The position numbers and the translations under genes were made by a program. From an uncultured delta proteobacterium (GTDB lineage: Bacteria; Myxococcota; Myxococcia; Myxococcales; Myxococcaceae), in contig CAVZMH010000002.1 in NCBI GenBank assembly GCA_963776345.1, forward strand, positions 32,001-96,000: a DNA stretch of 64,000 nt. The letters run 5' to 3'. The notes beneath the pieces were generated by a model. It had not been told where the DNA came from. It saw nothing but the letters and a program-made list of their open reading frames with translations, and searched no databases. This document shows, piece after piece, positions 48,050 to 57,836 of this stretch; position 1 is the first letter of the stretch; each line of letters starts with the position of its first letter.

Positions 48050-49270
48050 GATCGAGCCTCGGCAGGCGCCTGCAGCTCCTGCGACTCGGACTGCTCGTCG
48101 GCCTGGCGCTCCCGGGCGCGGCGGCCCGGGCCTACCCGTGGATGATCCAGCACGGCTACACCAACTGCAGCGGCTGCCACGTGGAGCCCTCGGGATTCGG
48201 CCTGCTCACCGAGTACGGCCGGGCGCAGGCGCAGATCGTCCTCCCCACGCTCTGGGGAAAGAGCCCCGAGGAGGTCGAGCCGACGACCGGCATCCTCTAC
48301 GGCGCCGTCCCGCTCCCGAGCTGGCTGAACGTGGGGCTCTCGACGCGCGGGGCCGTCCTCAGCACCACCACCTCGCAGGGGACGCGCTGGCGCGACATCC
48401 TGATGATCGCCGACCTGCGCGCGGGCCTCACCGCCGGACCGTTCCTCGCCTCGGTCAGCTTCGGCTACGTGCCCACCGGCGCGACCCTGGCCGCGCTGAC
48501 CAACCAGCCCCGGGACAACATCGTCTCCCGCGAGCACTGGCTCGGCGTCCGGCTCGCGGACCAGAAGCTTTACTTGCTCGGCGGCCGGCTGAACCTCCCC
48601 TTCGGGCTGCGCAACGTCGAGCACAACGCCTTCGTGCGGAGCGCCACCCGGACCGACACCAACTCCGCCCAGCAGTACGGAGGGGAGCTGGTCTGGGACG
48701 GCCCCGGCCTCCGCGCCGCCCTCATGGGGATCGCCGGAAACCTCCTCATCCGCGACCCCGCCTACCGCGAGCAGGGCTACAGCGGGTACGTCGAGGGCGC
48801 CTTCAGCAACGCCTTCACCCTCGGTCTCAGCAGCCTGGTGACGCACGCCGACCTGGGTGTCTCCTCGTTCGCCAACCCCTTCCTGCCCGTCGATCGCTTC
48901 TCCAACGCCTCGGACGTCTGGCGGCAGTCGCACGGGCTGTTCACGCGCTGGCACGTGGGCGGGCCCTGGGTCCTCCTCGCCGAGGCGGATCTGCTGGTGG
49001 AGACCGCGGAGGGAGTTCCTCGGGACCTGGGGCGGGGCGGGCTTCGTCCAGGCGGACGTCGAGCCCATCCAGGGGCTGCACTTCATCCTGACCGGAGAGG
49101 CGCTCCGGCAGAGCGAGCTCAACAGCGTCGGCGCCTGGTTCAGCGTCTCCTGGTTCCTCTTCACCTACTGCGAGGTCCGGCTGGACACGGTCTTCACCGA
49201 GTTCGGGGTCCCCGGCGGTGGGCACGAGCCCAGCTTCAGCGTGCTCGGGCAGCTGCATTTCTCGATGTGA
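48046..49270 (+). CDS. Secreted protein with an N-terminal CxxCH and a porin-like beta-barrel; frameshift near 49010-49030
   Basis: Signal ..ARA|YPWMIQHGYTNCSGCH, GRLNLPFGLR. The coding pattern moves to the +1 frame (TWGGAGFVQADVEP...GQLHFSM). Confidence 0.7.
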
Positions 49271-49316
49271 GCCGCCGGAGGGGCGACGGGGTGCCGGGTT
49301 CCGGTACACTGTCCTC

Positions 49317-50084
49317 GTGGCCCGCAGAGCGCGGCTGGCACGGTGGTTCGCGGCCCTTCTCCTGCTCCTGGTGGCGCCGGCGCGCGCCGCCCGGACGAGC
49401 CACCTCTTCCTCGACGAGTCGCAGCTCATCCCCGAGGGCGGCATCGAGCTGGAACAGTGGGTCTGGGCCTACGGGCGCGTCCCCAACCGCATCGGGCGGC
49501 CGGCGTCGATGTGGCTCTGGTGGGGGCCGGCCATCTCCGTCTCCAACCACCTCGAGTTCGAGCTGCCGCTCCAGGTCGTCGCCATCCCGGACGACACCTA
49601 CCTGCACTCGATCGGCCTGGTCGTCCGCTACCGCATCTTCCCCCGCGAGGACGACGACGGGTGGCAGCCGCTCATCCGCGTGGCGTACGGGCACCCCCTG
49701 GACCCCGCCGCGGGGCCCCCCTCGCTCGAGACCACCTTCGTGCTCACCGTGGGCAGCGCCCAGGGCGTGCGGACCACCTTCAACGTCGGGGTGCTGATGG
49801 GGCTCCCCTTCCTCCAGGAGACGACCCCGGGCACGTTCTCGGTGCTGGGCCGCGGGGGCCTGGGGGTCTCGTTCCCGCTGGGCCACGAGTGGCGGGTGGC
49901 CGGCGAGTTCTTCGGACAGCTCCCCATCCACGGGGACACCCGGCCGAGCCAGGCACAGATGTACCTCGGGCCCTCGGTCGCCTGGACGCGCGGTCCGTTC
50001 TGGATCACCTTCGGGTCGCTGTTCGGCCTGACCGGCGACTCGTCCCGGTATTATCCGCGGGTGCTGTGGGGCATCGCGCTCTGA
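49317..50084 (+). CDS. Outer-membrane beta-barrel-like protein
   Basis: Signal peptide ARA|A and amphipathic aromatic-rich strands. Start is approximate. Confidence 0.65.
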   Translation: MARRARLARWFAALLLLLVAPARAARTSHLFLDESQLIPEGGIELEQWVWAYGRVPNRIGRPASMWLWWGPAISVSNHLEFELPLQVVAIPDDTYLHSIGLVVRYRIFPREDDDGWQPLIRVAYGHPLDPAAGPPSLETTFVLTVGSAQGVRTTFNVGVLMGLPFLQETTPGTFSVLGRGGLGVSFPLGHEWRVAGEFFGQLPIHGDTRPSQAQMYLGPSVAWTRGPFWITFGSLFGLTGDSSRYYPRVLWGIAL

Positions 50085-50725
50085 CCCTGGTGGTGCTGCT
50101 CCTCGCGGCCGCGGCCGCCGGGGGCGAGATCCGCGGCACGGTGCAGATCCGCGCCGCGGACGGAGGGGTGGAGCCCACCGGCGACCTGCCCGTCGTGGTC
50201 TACCTCACCGGGTTCCGTCAGCCGCCGCTGCCCGACACGCCGGTCATCAGCCAGAAGGACAAGACCTTCGTCCCCGACGTTCAGGTGGTGGTCGCCGGCC
50301 AGTCGGTGCAGTTCACCAACGACGACCCCTGGGTGCACAACGTCTTCTCCACCTCGACCGCGCGCTCGTTCGACCTCGGGCAGCCCGGGCCACACGAGAC
50401 GCGCACGGTGAGCTTCCCCAGCCCCGGCCTGGTGGACGTGTTCTGCAACATCCACGAGCAGATGAACGCCAGCGTGCTGGTGCTGCCGAACCGCGCCTTC
50501 GCCCGGGTGGCGCCCGACGGCAGCTTCGTCATCCGCGACGTCCCGCCGGGACGCCACTCGCTCCACGCCTGGGGGCGACAGACCGAGCCGTTCGAGATGG
50601 ACGTGGTGGTGGGCGAGGGCCAGCCTGCCGAGGTGCAGCTCACGCTGCGGCCGCGGCTCTTCAACCCAGCGCACCTCGACAAGTTCGGGCGGGCCTACAA
50701 GAAGCGGCCCGGCTACGCGCCATGA
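50081..50725 (+). CDS. Cupredoxin-like ('methylamine utilization') protein with a carboxypeptidase-regulatory-like domain
   Basis: QKDKTFVP, HNVFS and FCNIHEQM give a His/Cys/His/Met set. Start is CTG 50081 or GTG 50090. Confidence 0.8.
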   Translation: MTLVVLLLAAAAAGGEIRGTVQIRAADGGVEPTGDLPVVVYLTGFRQPPLPDTPVISQKDKTFVPDVQVVVAGQSVQFTNDDPWVHNVFSTSTARSFDLGQPGPHETRTVSFPSPGLVDVFCNIHEQMNASVLVLPNRAFARVAPDGSFVIRDVPPGRHSLHAWGRQTEPFEMDVVVGEGQPAEVQLTLRPRLFNPAHLDKFGRAYKKRPGYAP

Positions 50726-52674
50726 CCACCTCCGCCGCCGACCTCGAGGGCGGCCACCTCGACGAGAACGACGTCGCCCGCCACCTGGACGGCGACGGCA
50801 CCGACGCGGACCGGGCACGGGTGGGCGAGCACATCGACCGGTGCGACCGCTGCCGCGAGCTCCTCTCGGCGCTGGTCCGCACGATGTTCACGCCCGAGGA
50901 GGACATCCCGTCGCGGCGGCTCCTCGCCCGGGGCACCAACCTCGGGCGCTACGTGCTGCTCGACCCGGTGGGCCGGGGCGGGATGGGCGTGGTGTACGGC
51001 GCGTTCGACCCGGAGCTGGACCGGAAGGTGGCGGTCAAGTTCCTCCGTCCGGGACGGGACGGCAACCCCGCGGCGGCCAGGACCCAGCTGCTGGCCGAGG
51101 CCCAGGCGATCGCCCGGCTCTCCCACCCCAACATCGTCACCGTCCACGACGTGGGCACCTTCGAAGGCGAGGTGTTCTTCGCCATGGAGTACGTGAAGGG
51201 CGAGACGCTGCGGCGGGCCCAGCGGCCCGGCCTCGCTGCGCTCCAGGAGACCCTCGGCCTCTACGTCGCCGCCGGCCGGGGTCTCGCCGCCGCGCACCGG
51301 GCGGGCATCGTCCACGGCGACTTCAAGCCGGAGAACGTGCTGGTCGGAGAGGACGGGCGGGTGCGGGTGACCGACTTCGGCCTGGCCCGCGCGGTCAGCG
51401 AGCACGCGCCGCGCTTCGCGGGGACGCCGGCCTACATGGCGCCGGAGCACTGGCGTGGCCATCCGCCCGACGTGCGGAGCGACCAGTACAGCTTCTGCCT
51501 GGCGTTGCTCGAGGCGGTGGAGGGCCAGCGCCCGGACGAGGTCGAGGAGGCCTCGCCCTCCCGCCCCCCCGAGCCGGTGTCGCTGCGGCGGCGCACGCTG
51601 CCGGCCCGGCTCTCGCGGGTGCTCTCCCGGGGGCTGGCGGCGGATCCGGAGCAGCGCTGGCCGTCGATGGACGCGCTGCTCGACGCGCTCCGGGAGGCGA
51701 GGCTCCCCTTCCGGCGGCGCACCGGCGCTCTCGCCCTGGCGCTGCTGCTGGCCACCGCCCTGGCCTGGGGGCAGCACGTGGTCTGGGAGCGGCGGGTGGA
51801 CCACGAGCTCGCCGCGTCCGCCGCGCGGCTCCCCGAGCTGCTCCGGGCGCACAGCGAGCGCACGGATCTCCTGGTCCAGGCGGGACTGCGCGCCGAGGGC
51901 GTGCTGGGCGCGCTGGGGCAGGCCAGCAACATGGACGCGGCGCTGGGCCTGGTCGAGGACGAGAGCCGCGAGCACCAGCTCGCCGAGGCGCACGAGATCC
52001 TCCGCTCGGCGGACCTCCCCGGCCTGAAGAGCCGTGACGCGCTTCTGGTGGCCAACGCCTGGGGGCGCGTGGTCCTCAACCTCGCGGCGCCGCAATCGTT
52101 CGGCGCTCCCGCGCCCGCCCTCCCGATGCTGATGGAGACCATGGAGGGAACGCCCACCGACGCGCTCTGGTCCTCCGCCACGCTGTTGCAGGTCGGGTTG
52201 CCGCTGGTCAGCGGGGTCAGGGCAGACGACCTGCTCCTCGTCTCCGGGCGGCCCGTCGTCCGCGGCCGCTCCATCGTCGGGCTGGTGCTCACCGGCCGCT
52301 GGGTGGACACCGGGCTGCTCGACGAGCTCGGCCGGGCCGCCGGCGCCGAGGTCGTCCTCCATGCCCCGGACGGTGGATGGGCCGGCGCCCGCTGGCCCGC
52401 GACGCCCCCACTGGGACGGGTGGTGCAGCTCCAGGTCGGGGGAACGACACTCCGCGTCCTCGGACTCCGGCTGGGCGCCGAGGGGACGCGCACCCCGGCC
52501 GGAGAGGCCTACGTGGTGCGGATGCTCACCCCCGGTGAGAAGGGGGGACTCGGGGCGGCTTGGCTCCGGTGGGGGCTGCTGGCAGCTTCGGTGGCGATGC
52601 TGACCTGGCTGGGGTTAGTCACCCGGAAATCCGGCTGGTCCCTTCGTTCCAGGGGACGGGCTCCTCACTCGTGA
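50722..52674 (+). CDS. Membrane Ser/Thr protein kinase with an N-terminal HxxxCxxC zinc finger and an extracytoplasmic sensor domain
   Basis: HIDRCDRC; GRGGMGVVY, VAVK, HGDFKPEN, DFGLA and GTPAYMAPE; two TM segments flank the sensor region. Confidence 0.9.
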   Translation: MTTSAADLEGGHLDENDVARHLDGDGTDADRARVGEHIDRCDRCRELLSALVRTMFTPEEDIPSRRLLARGTNLGRYVLLDPVGRGGMGVVYGAFDPELDRKVAVKFLRPGRDGNPAAARTQLLAEAQAIARLSHPNIVTVHDVGTFEGEVFFAMEYVKGETLRRAQRPGLAALQETLGLYVAAGRGLAAAHRAGIVHGDFKPENVLVGEDGRVRVTDFGLARAVSEHAPRFAGTPAYMAPEHWRGHPPDVRSDQYSFCLALLEAVEGQRPDEVEEASPSRPPEPVSLRRRTLPARLSRVLSRGLAADPEQRWPSMDALLDALREARLPFRRRTGALALALLLATALAWGQHVVWERRVDHELAASAARLPELLRAHSERTDLLVQAGLRAEGVLGALGQASNMDAALGLVEDESREHQLAEAHEILRSADLPGLKSRDALLVANAWGRVVLNLAAPQSFGAPAPALPMLMETMEGTPTDALWSSATLLQVGLPLVSGVRADDLLLVSGRPVVRGRSIVGLVLTGRWVDTGLLDELGRAAGAEVVLHAPDGGWAGARWPATPPLGRVVQLQVGGTTLRVLGLRLGAEGTRTPAGEAYVVRMLTPGEKGGLGAAWLRWGLLAASVAMLTWLGLVTRKSGWSLRSRGRAPHS

Positions 52675-53573
52675 CCTCCCTCGTGACCGACTTCGTCCAC
52701 GCCGACGTGTTCTGGGATGCGCTCCCCGTGGCTCGACGCGTGGCCGACCGCGCCGCCCTGGACGCCCGGCTCGCCGGGCAGCTCGCCGCGGCCGAGGAGC
52801 GCTGGCCCGGGCTCGCCGTCGATCGCCGCCGGTTCGTGGCGCACTGGGCGGCGCAGCTCGCGCGCGCGGGCGACCTCGGGACGGCGCTCGACCAGATCCA
52901 CCTCCCGGACCTGTACCTCGCGTTCGCCTGCGCAGAGGGAGACACCGCGGCGCTGCGCGCCTTCGGCACCCTGCTGGGCTCGGTGGCCGGCGCGGTGCGC
53001 AGCGTGGACGCCTCGCCCTCCTTCCTCGACGAGATCCTCCAGCGGCTGCGGACCCGGGTGCTGGTCCCGGAGGAGGGAAAGTCGCCCCGCATCCTCGACT
53101 ACGCCGGGCGCGGCTCGCTGGAGAACTGGCTGCGGGCCGGCGCGCTGCGGCTGGCGCTGAACGCCCGGCGTGACGCCCAGCGCGGACCGGAGCAGATGCC
53201 CGAGGCGTCGCTCTGGGAGCCCATGGCCCCGGCCGTGGAGCGCACGTTCGAGCTGCTGCGGGGAGAGTACGCCGCCGATTTCGGCCGGGCGCTGCGCGAG
53301 GCGTTCGGCTCGCTCGAGCCCCAGGAGCGAAACGTGCTCCGGCTGCACTTCATGGAGGGGCTGAGCCTCAACCAGATCGCCGCCATGTACCAGGTGAACA
53401 AGTCCACCATCAGCCGGCGGATGTCACGGGCGCGGGAGACGCTCCTCGAGCGGACCCGGGCGACGCTGGAGCGTACACTGGCGCTCCCCCCCTCCGAGCT
53501 GGACAGCCTGCTCCAGCAGCTCGGACCGCGGCTCGACCTGAGCCTCACCTCGGTGCTGAACCCGAGCACCTGA
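52671..53573 (+). CDS. ECF-type sigma factor-like regulator with an N-terminal extension
   Basis: DLYLAFACAEGD, YAGRGSLENWLR, and a region 4 HTH LSLNQIAAMYQVNKSTISRR. GTGA overlap with the kinase. Confidence 0.85.
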   Translation: MTSLVTDFVHADVFWDALPVARRVADRAALDARLAGQLAAAEERWPGLAVDRRRFVAHWAAQLARAGDLGTALDQIHLPDLYLAFACAEGDTAALRAFGTLLGSVAGAVRSVDASPSFLDEILQRLRTRVLVPEEGKSPRILDYAGRGSLENWLRAGALRLALNARRDAQRGPEQMPEASLWEPMAPAVERTFELLRGEYAADFGRALREAFGSLEPQERNVLRLHFMEGLSLNQIAAMYQVNKSTISRRMSRARETLLERTRATLERTLALPPSELDSLLQQLGPRLDLSLTSVLNPST

Positions 53574-53589
53574 GCGAGCGCGCGCCGCC

Positions 53590-54543
53590 TCAGGCCCCGG
53601 CGGGCGCCCGCATGGCCCCGTCCACCGGGCTCGCCTCTCCCTCGGCGGGCTCGGTGTGGACGATCACGTCCACGTCGAGCACCGCGGCGCGGATGGCGTC
53701 CTCGGCGGCGTGGGCGATCTCGTGGGCCAGCTCGACTGGGAGCCCGCGCGCCACCTGGAGGATGACGTCGGCGAAGGTCCTCGGGCCCGAGCGCCGCACC
53801 CGGACCTGCGAGACGCCGACCACCTGGTCCACCGCGGCGGCGGCGCGGGCGATCGCCTCCAGCAGGCCGGTGGGCGCAGCGTCGAGCAGGTCGTCCACCG
53901 ACTTGCGGCCGAGCCGCACACTGACCAGGGCGGCGATGCCCGCGACCCCGAGCGCGGCGATGGCATCGGCGCGCACCAGCCACTCCAGACCGCTCCGGTG
54001 CGAGAACCACACCCCGGCCAGGCCCACCAGCACCACCGCCGAGGACCAGACATCGGTGGAGAAGTGGAGCGCGTCCGCCTCCAGCGCCTGGCTGCGATGC
54101 TTCCTGGCGACGGTGGCCAGGGCCCGCGAGCGGGAGAGGTCCACGACGATCGAGATCGCCATGATCACGAACGACCAGACCGTGGCCTCGACGTGCCTGC
54201 CGCCGACGACCAGCCGCTTGATGGCCTCGTAGGCGATCCACACGCAGGTGGCCAGCAGGAGCCCGGTCTCGAAGAGCGCGGAGAAGTTCTCGATCTTTCC
54301 GTGGCCGTAGAGGTGGTCCTGGTCGGGCGGCTTGGAGGAGGCCCGCACCGCCCAGAAGGTCATCAGCGCGGCGAGCAGGTCGATGCCCGAGTGCGCCGCC
54401 TCGGAGAGGATGCCGATCGAGCCGGTGGCCAGCCCCACCACGACCTTCATGGTGGTGAGGAGGATCGCCGCGCCCACCGACGTGAGGGCGACGAGGTTCT
54501 TCTCCCGCTGGGCCACTGCGGGATCGTGGACGACGGCGACCAT
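53590..54543 (-). CDS. Cation diffusion facilitator (CDF) transporter
   Basis: SEAAHSGID, HLYGHGKIE, ADALHFSTD and IVHTEP motifs. Confidence 0.93.
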   Translation of the reverse strand: MVAVVHDPAVAQREKNLVALTSVGAAILLTTMKVVVGLATGSIGILSEAAHSGIDLLAALMTFWAVRASSKPPDQDHLYGHGKIENFSALFETGLLLATCVWIAYEAIKRLVVGGRHVEATVWSFVIMAISIVVDLSRSRALATVARKHRSQALEADALHFSTDVWSSAVVLVGLAGVWFSHRSGLEWLVRADAIAALGVAGIAALVSVRLGRKSVDDLLDAAPTGLLEAIARAAAAVDQVVGVSQVRVRRSGPRTFADVILQVARGLPVELAHEIAHAAEDAIRAAVLDVDVIVHTEPAEGEASPVDGAMRAPAGA

Positions 54544-54602
54544 GGGCGGGGGGCATGTAACATGAGCCCGCGGGCGAGGGGGGAGATCACCGCCGCGCGA
54601 GG

Positions 54603-54953
54603 TCAGAGCGCGCGCAGGGCGCGGAGGAACCTCGCGAGCCGCTGCTCGTCGCGCCGGTAGAACGTCCACTGCTTGATGCGTCTGGTGCGGACCAGGCCGG
54701 CCTGGACGAGCACCCGCATGTGCTCGCTCACCGTGGGCTGGCTGAGGCCCAGCTTCTCGGCGATGAGGAGGCCGCAGACGCCGTCCGCCTCGAGATCTCC
54801 GTCCACCTGCGGCGGGAAGTGCCTCGTCGGCTCCTTCAGCCAGCGGAGGATCTGCAGGCGGCGCTCGTTGTCCAGCGCCCGGAGCGGGTCGAGGAGATCG
54901 GGCCCGGTGTCCGGCGGCGCCGACGCGACCCTCCTGCGCGCCGGCCGGCTCAC
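54603..54953 (-). CDS. ArsR/SmtB family transcriptional regulator
   Basis: RLQILRWL, GVC and LSQPTVSEHM..WTFYRR motifs. GTGA overlap with the RidA gene. Confidence 0.88.
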   Translation of the reverse strand: MSRPARRRVASAPPDTGPDLLDPLRALDNERRLQILRWLKEPTRHFPPQVDGDLEADGVCGLLIAEKLGLSQPTVSEHMRVLVQAGLVRTRRIKQWTFYRRDEQRLARFLRALRAL

Positions 54954-55330
54954 CTCTGCCGGTCCGCCACGGTCATCTCGATCTCCACCGCGGCGCCCAT
55001 GGGCAACTCGCGGACCGCGACCGTCGTCCGGGCGGGGAACGGTTGCCGGAAGTACCTGGCGTAGACCTCGTTCATCGCGCCGAAGGACTCCATGCCGGTG
55101 AGGTAGACACCGACGCGCAGCACGTCGTCGAGCGACGAACCGATGGACTCGAGCAGCGCGCGGATGTTCTCCAGCGTCCGCGCCGTCTGCGCCGCCACGT
55201 CTCCGGAGATCAGCCTCCCGGTCGCGGGGTCCAGGCCCACCTGGCCGCTGAGGTAGATGACTCCCGGCCCGCGCACGCCCGCCGAGAACGGCAGGCCGGG
55301 AGACCGCTCGCCCTGGATCGCGTCTCGCAT
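54950..55330 (-). CDS. RidA/YjgF family enamine deaminase
   Basis: YLSGQV, MNEVYARYF and PARTTV..LP...VEIE motifs; AAGGAGG RBS. Confidence 0.92.
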   Translation of the reverse strand: MRDAIQGERSPGLPFSAGVRGPGVIYLSGQVGLDPATGRLISGDVAAQTARTLENIRALLESIGSSLDDVLRVGVYLTGMESFGAMNEVYARYFRQPFPARTTVAVRELPMGAAVEIEMTVADRQR

Positions 55331-55344
55331 CGCACTCTCCTCCT

Positions 55345-56283
55345 TCAGCGGCCGAAGTCGACCGCGGTGGTGTTCCCGCCGCTGACCACGATGCCCACCC
55401 GTTCGCCGGGACGCGTCCGCACCTTGCCCGCGAGCAGCGCGGCGAAGGCGGCGGCCCCGCCAGGCTCGGCGACGACGCGGAGCAGCTCCCAGAGCCTCCG
55501 CTGTGCGGCGCGGATCTCCTGGTCCGTGACCAGCGCCACCTCCGCCACGGTGTCGCGGAGAACGGGGAACACCCGCTCGCCGATGCGCCGGGGCGCGAGG
55601 CTGTCGGCGGCGATGCTCCCCACCGGGGCGTCGACCGGCCGGCCCGCCTCCAGCGCGCGGGTGAGCGTGGGCGCGCCCTCGGGCTCCACGCCGACCAGCC
55701 GCACCCGCCGGCCGTACCAGCTGCCGATGCCCGCGAGCAGGCCGCCCCCGCCGACGCCGACCAGCAGCGTCTCCAGCTCCGGCGCCTGCGCCTCGAGCTC
55801 GAGGGCCAGGGTGCCCTGACCGAGGATGGTCTCCTCCTGGTCGAAGGCGTGGATGGGCATCGCCGCGCTGCGCTCGACCCAGGCCTCGCTGGCGGCCAGC
55901 GCCTCCGCGTAGGACTCGCCACCGACCACCAGGTCGGCGCCGTAGCCACGGATGCGGTCGATCTTCGCCGGCGACGAGATGCTGGGGACGAAGATCTTCG
56001 CCGGCACCCCGAGCCGCCTCGCGGCGAAGGCCACCGCCGCCCCGTGGTTCCCTCCCGAGGCGGCCACCACCCCGGCCGGGGGCACCCGGCGCAGCGTGAG
56101 GTTGGCGAACGCGCCGCGGACCTTGAAGGAGCCGGAGTGCTGGAACAGCTCGAGCTTGAGGGTGCCCGTCACCCCGTCCAGACCGAGCTCCTCGCCGGCC
56201 ACCTGGACCACCGGCGTGCGCCGGACCTGCCCGCGGATCGCCTGGTGGGTGGCGGTGATGCGCGGCCGGCGGTCGAGGCTCAT
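55345..56283 (-). CDS. Threonine/serine dehydratase (PLP, fold type II)
   Basis: KLE..QHSGSFKVRG, SGGNHG, VGGGGL, EPGGAA and SGGN motifs. Confidence 0.93.
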   Translation of the reverse strand: MSLDRRPRITATHQAIRGQVRRTPVVQVAGEELGLDGVTGTLKLELFQHSGSFKVRGAFANLTLRRVPPAGVVAASGGNHGAAVAFAARRLGVPAKIFVPSISSPAKIDRIRGYGADLVVGGESYAEALAASEAWVERSAAMPIHAFDQEETILGQGTLALELEAQAPELETLLVGVGGGGLLAGIGSWYGRRVRLVGVEPEGAPTLTRALEAGRPVDAPVGSIAADSLAPRRIGERVFPVLRDTVAEVALVTDQEIRAAQRRLWELLRVVAEPGGAAAFAALLAGKVRTRPGERVGIVVSGGNTTAVDFGR

Positions 56284-56374
56284 GCCCCTCTGTTACTTCG
56301 TCGCTTGGCGAAGTTCCAATACAGCACCGGAGCGCTCGCAGCGGATCAGTCGGACGGCGTATGCTGCACGCCAC

Positions 56375-57756
56375 GTGCGGGGGACCGACGTCCGACAGCG
56401 GCTGGCGGTCTGCGGTGCCCTGGCGCTGCTCGGGGTGCTCTTCGTTTCCGCGACCCGCGCCTGGAACCCGAGGTCGAGGGGCCGCAGCGCGTCGTTCCCG
56501 CCGCGGGTGGTGAGCGGTGACGAACCTCACTACCTCCTCGCGACCAACGCGCTCCTGAGGGGAGACGGATTCTCGGTGCGGGCGGGATACGCGCGCGTCC
56601 GGGCGGGGAGCCAGGAAGCCGGGCTCCGGTTCGCGGGGGTCGGCCTGGACCACCACACCTTGCTGCTGGCTCCCGGTCTCTCCTCGCCCGTGCGCTGGCA
56701 GGAGGCGTATCAGATCTCGAAGCCCAGACCCTGCCCGACCCCGGAGTGCACTCCCTTCACGCCGACCTCGGTGGACTTCGACACGATTCCCGGGGTCCGC
56801 GAGATTCCCGCGCACCCGCTCGCCTTTCCGTTGCTCGTCGCAGCGCTGCTCCGTCCGTTCGGCCTGGAGCCGGACCGGGTCGAGACGTTCGCCATCACCT
56901 GGAACGCGGTCCTCGCCTGGCTCGCCACCGTCGCGATCTACGGGGCCGCGCGCGCCAGCGCGTTCTCCCGCCCGAGCGCGCTGGCCGCGGCGCTGGTCTG
57001 CGGCCTGGCCAGTCCCCTCCTCGCCTACGGGCGCGGCTTCTTCCCCGAGGTGGCCATCGGGTGCGCGCTGGCCGTGGCGGCCTGGCTCTTCTTCCGGGGC
57101 CGGCTGGCGCTGTCCGGGGCGGCGTGTGCCGTGGCCTTCGCGCTGAAGCCGCCCTTTGCCCTCGCCGGCGCGGGTCTGGTGGCGGACCGACTGCTGGCCC
57201 GGCAGTGGCGGGAGGCGCTCCGGCTCGGCGCGCCCCTCGCCGGCGGCGTGGCAGTGGTGCTGGTGATGAACCGCTCATCGCCCGGACACCCCTGATCTCC
57301 GGCGTGAACCGGTGGGTCTGGGCTCAGGGGCTCGACGGGCTCCGGTCGACGCTCCTCGAGTCGACGTCGGGCCTCTTGCCCTTCGTCCCCTGGGCGGCGG
57401 TGAGCCTGGGGGCAGCGCTCCTCGGAGTCGTGCGTCCCGGCGCTCCGGGCGCTCCTCCTCGACCCGGCCGGGCGCTCGGGCTGGGAGTGCTCGCCACCCT
57501 GGTGCTGCTCGCGCTCCGCGGGGAAGGCGCCGGAGACTGCTGGGGGCCGCGCTACTGGGTCGGATGGTGCCCGTGGCTCGCGCTGCTCGCGGTGGACTTC
57601 GCACGACGGGGTGGCCGCCTGCGGGTGCTCGCGATCGGGGTGCTGGTGGCGCTGGCCATCCCCGTCTCGCTCGCGGGCGCCTTCCGCTACCCGGACGTCT
57701 GGAAGCACACGCCCATCGAGACGGTCCGGGCACAGTGGCGATGGTTTCCGCGGTGA
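56375..57756 (+). CDS. Polytopic membrane protein, GT-C glycosyltransferase-like; frameshift near 57272
   Basis: SGDEPHYLL in the first loop, many TM segments, WGPRY. The frame changes at ATG AAC CG CTC ATC, consistent with one missing base. Start is approximate. Confidence 0.65.
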
Positions 57757-57836
57757 GGCGCCGGGCTGCGCCCGGCGCCAGCTCCTCCTAGACTCGGGGC
57801 CCCAGCGGACCTCGAGCCGGCCTCCGCTTCCAAGAC

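Noticed and set aside
49010..49040. Programmed ribosomal frameshift in the heme-barrel gene
   Set aside because: There is no slippery heptamer, and two other indels in the window point to sequence error.
52668..52691. CTCGTGACC twice at the start of the ECF gene, matching the repeat flank motif
   Set aside because: It lies in coding sequence, is only 9 bp and has no palindrome core, so it may be chance.
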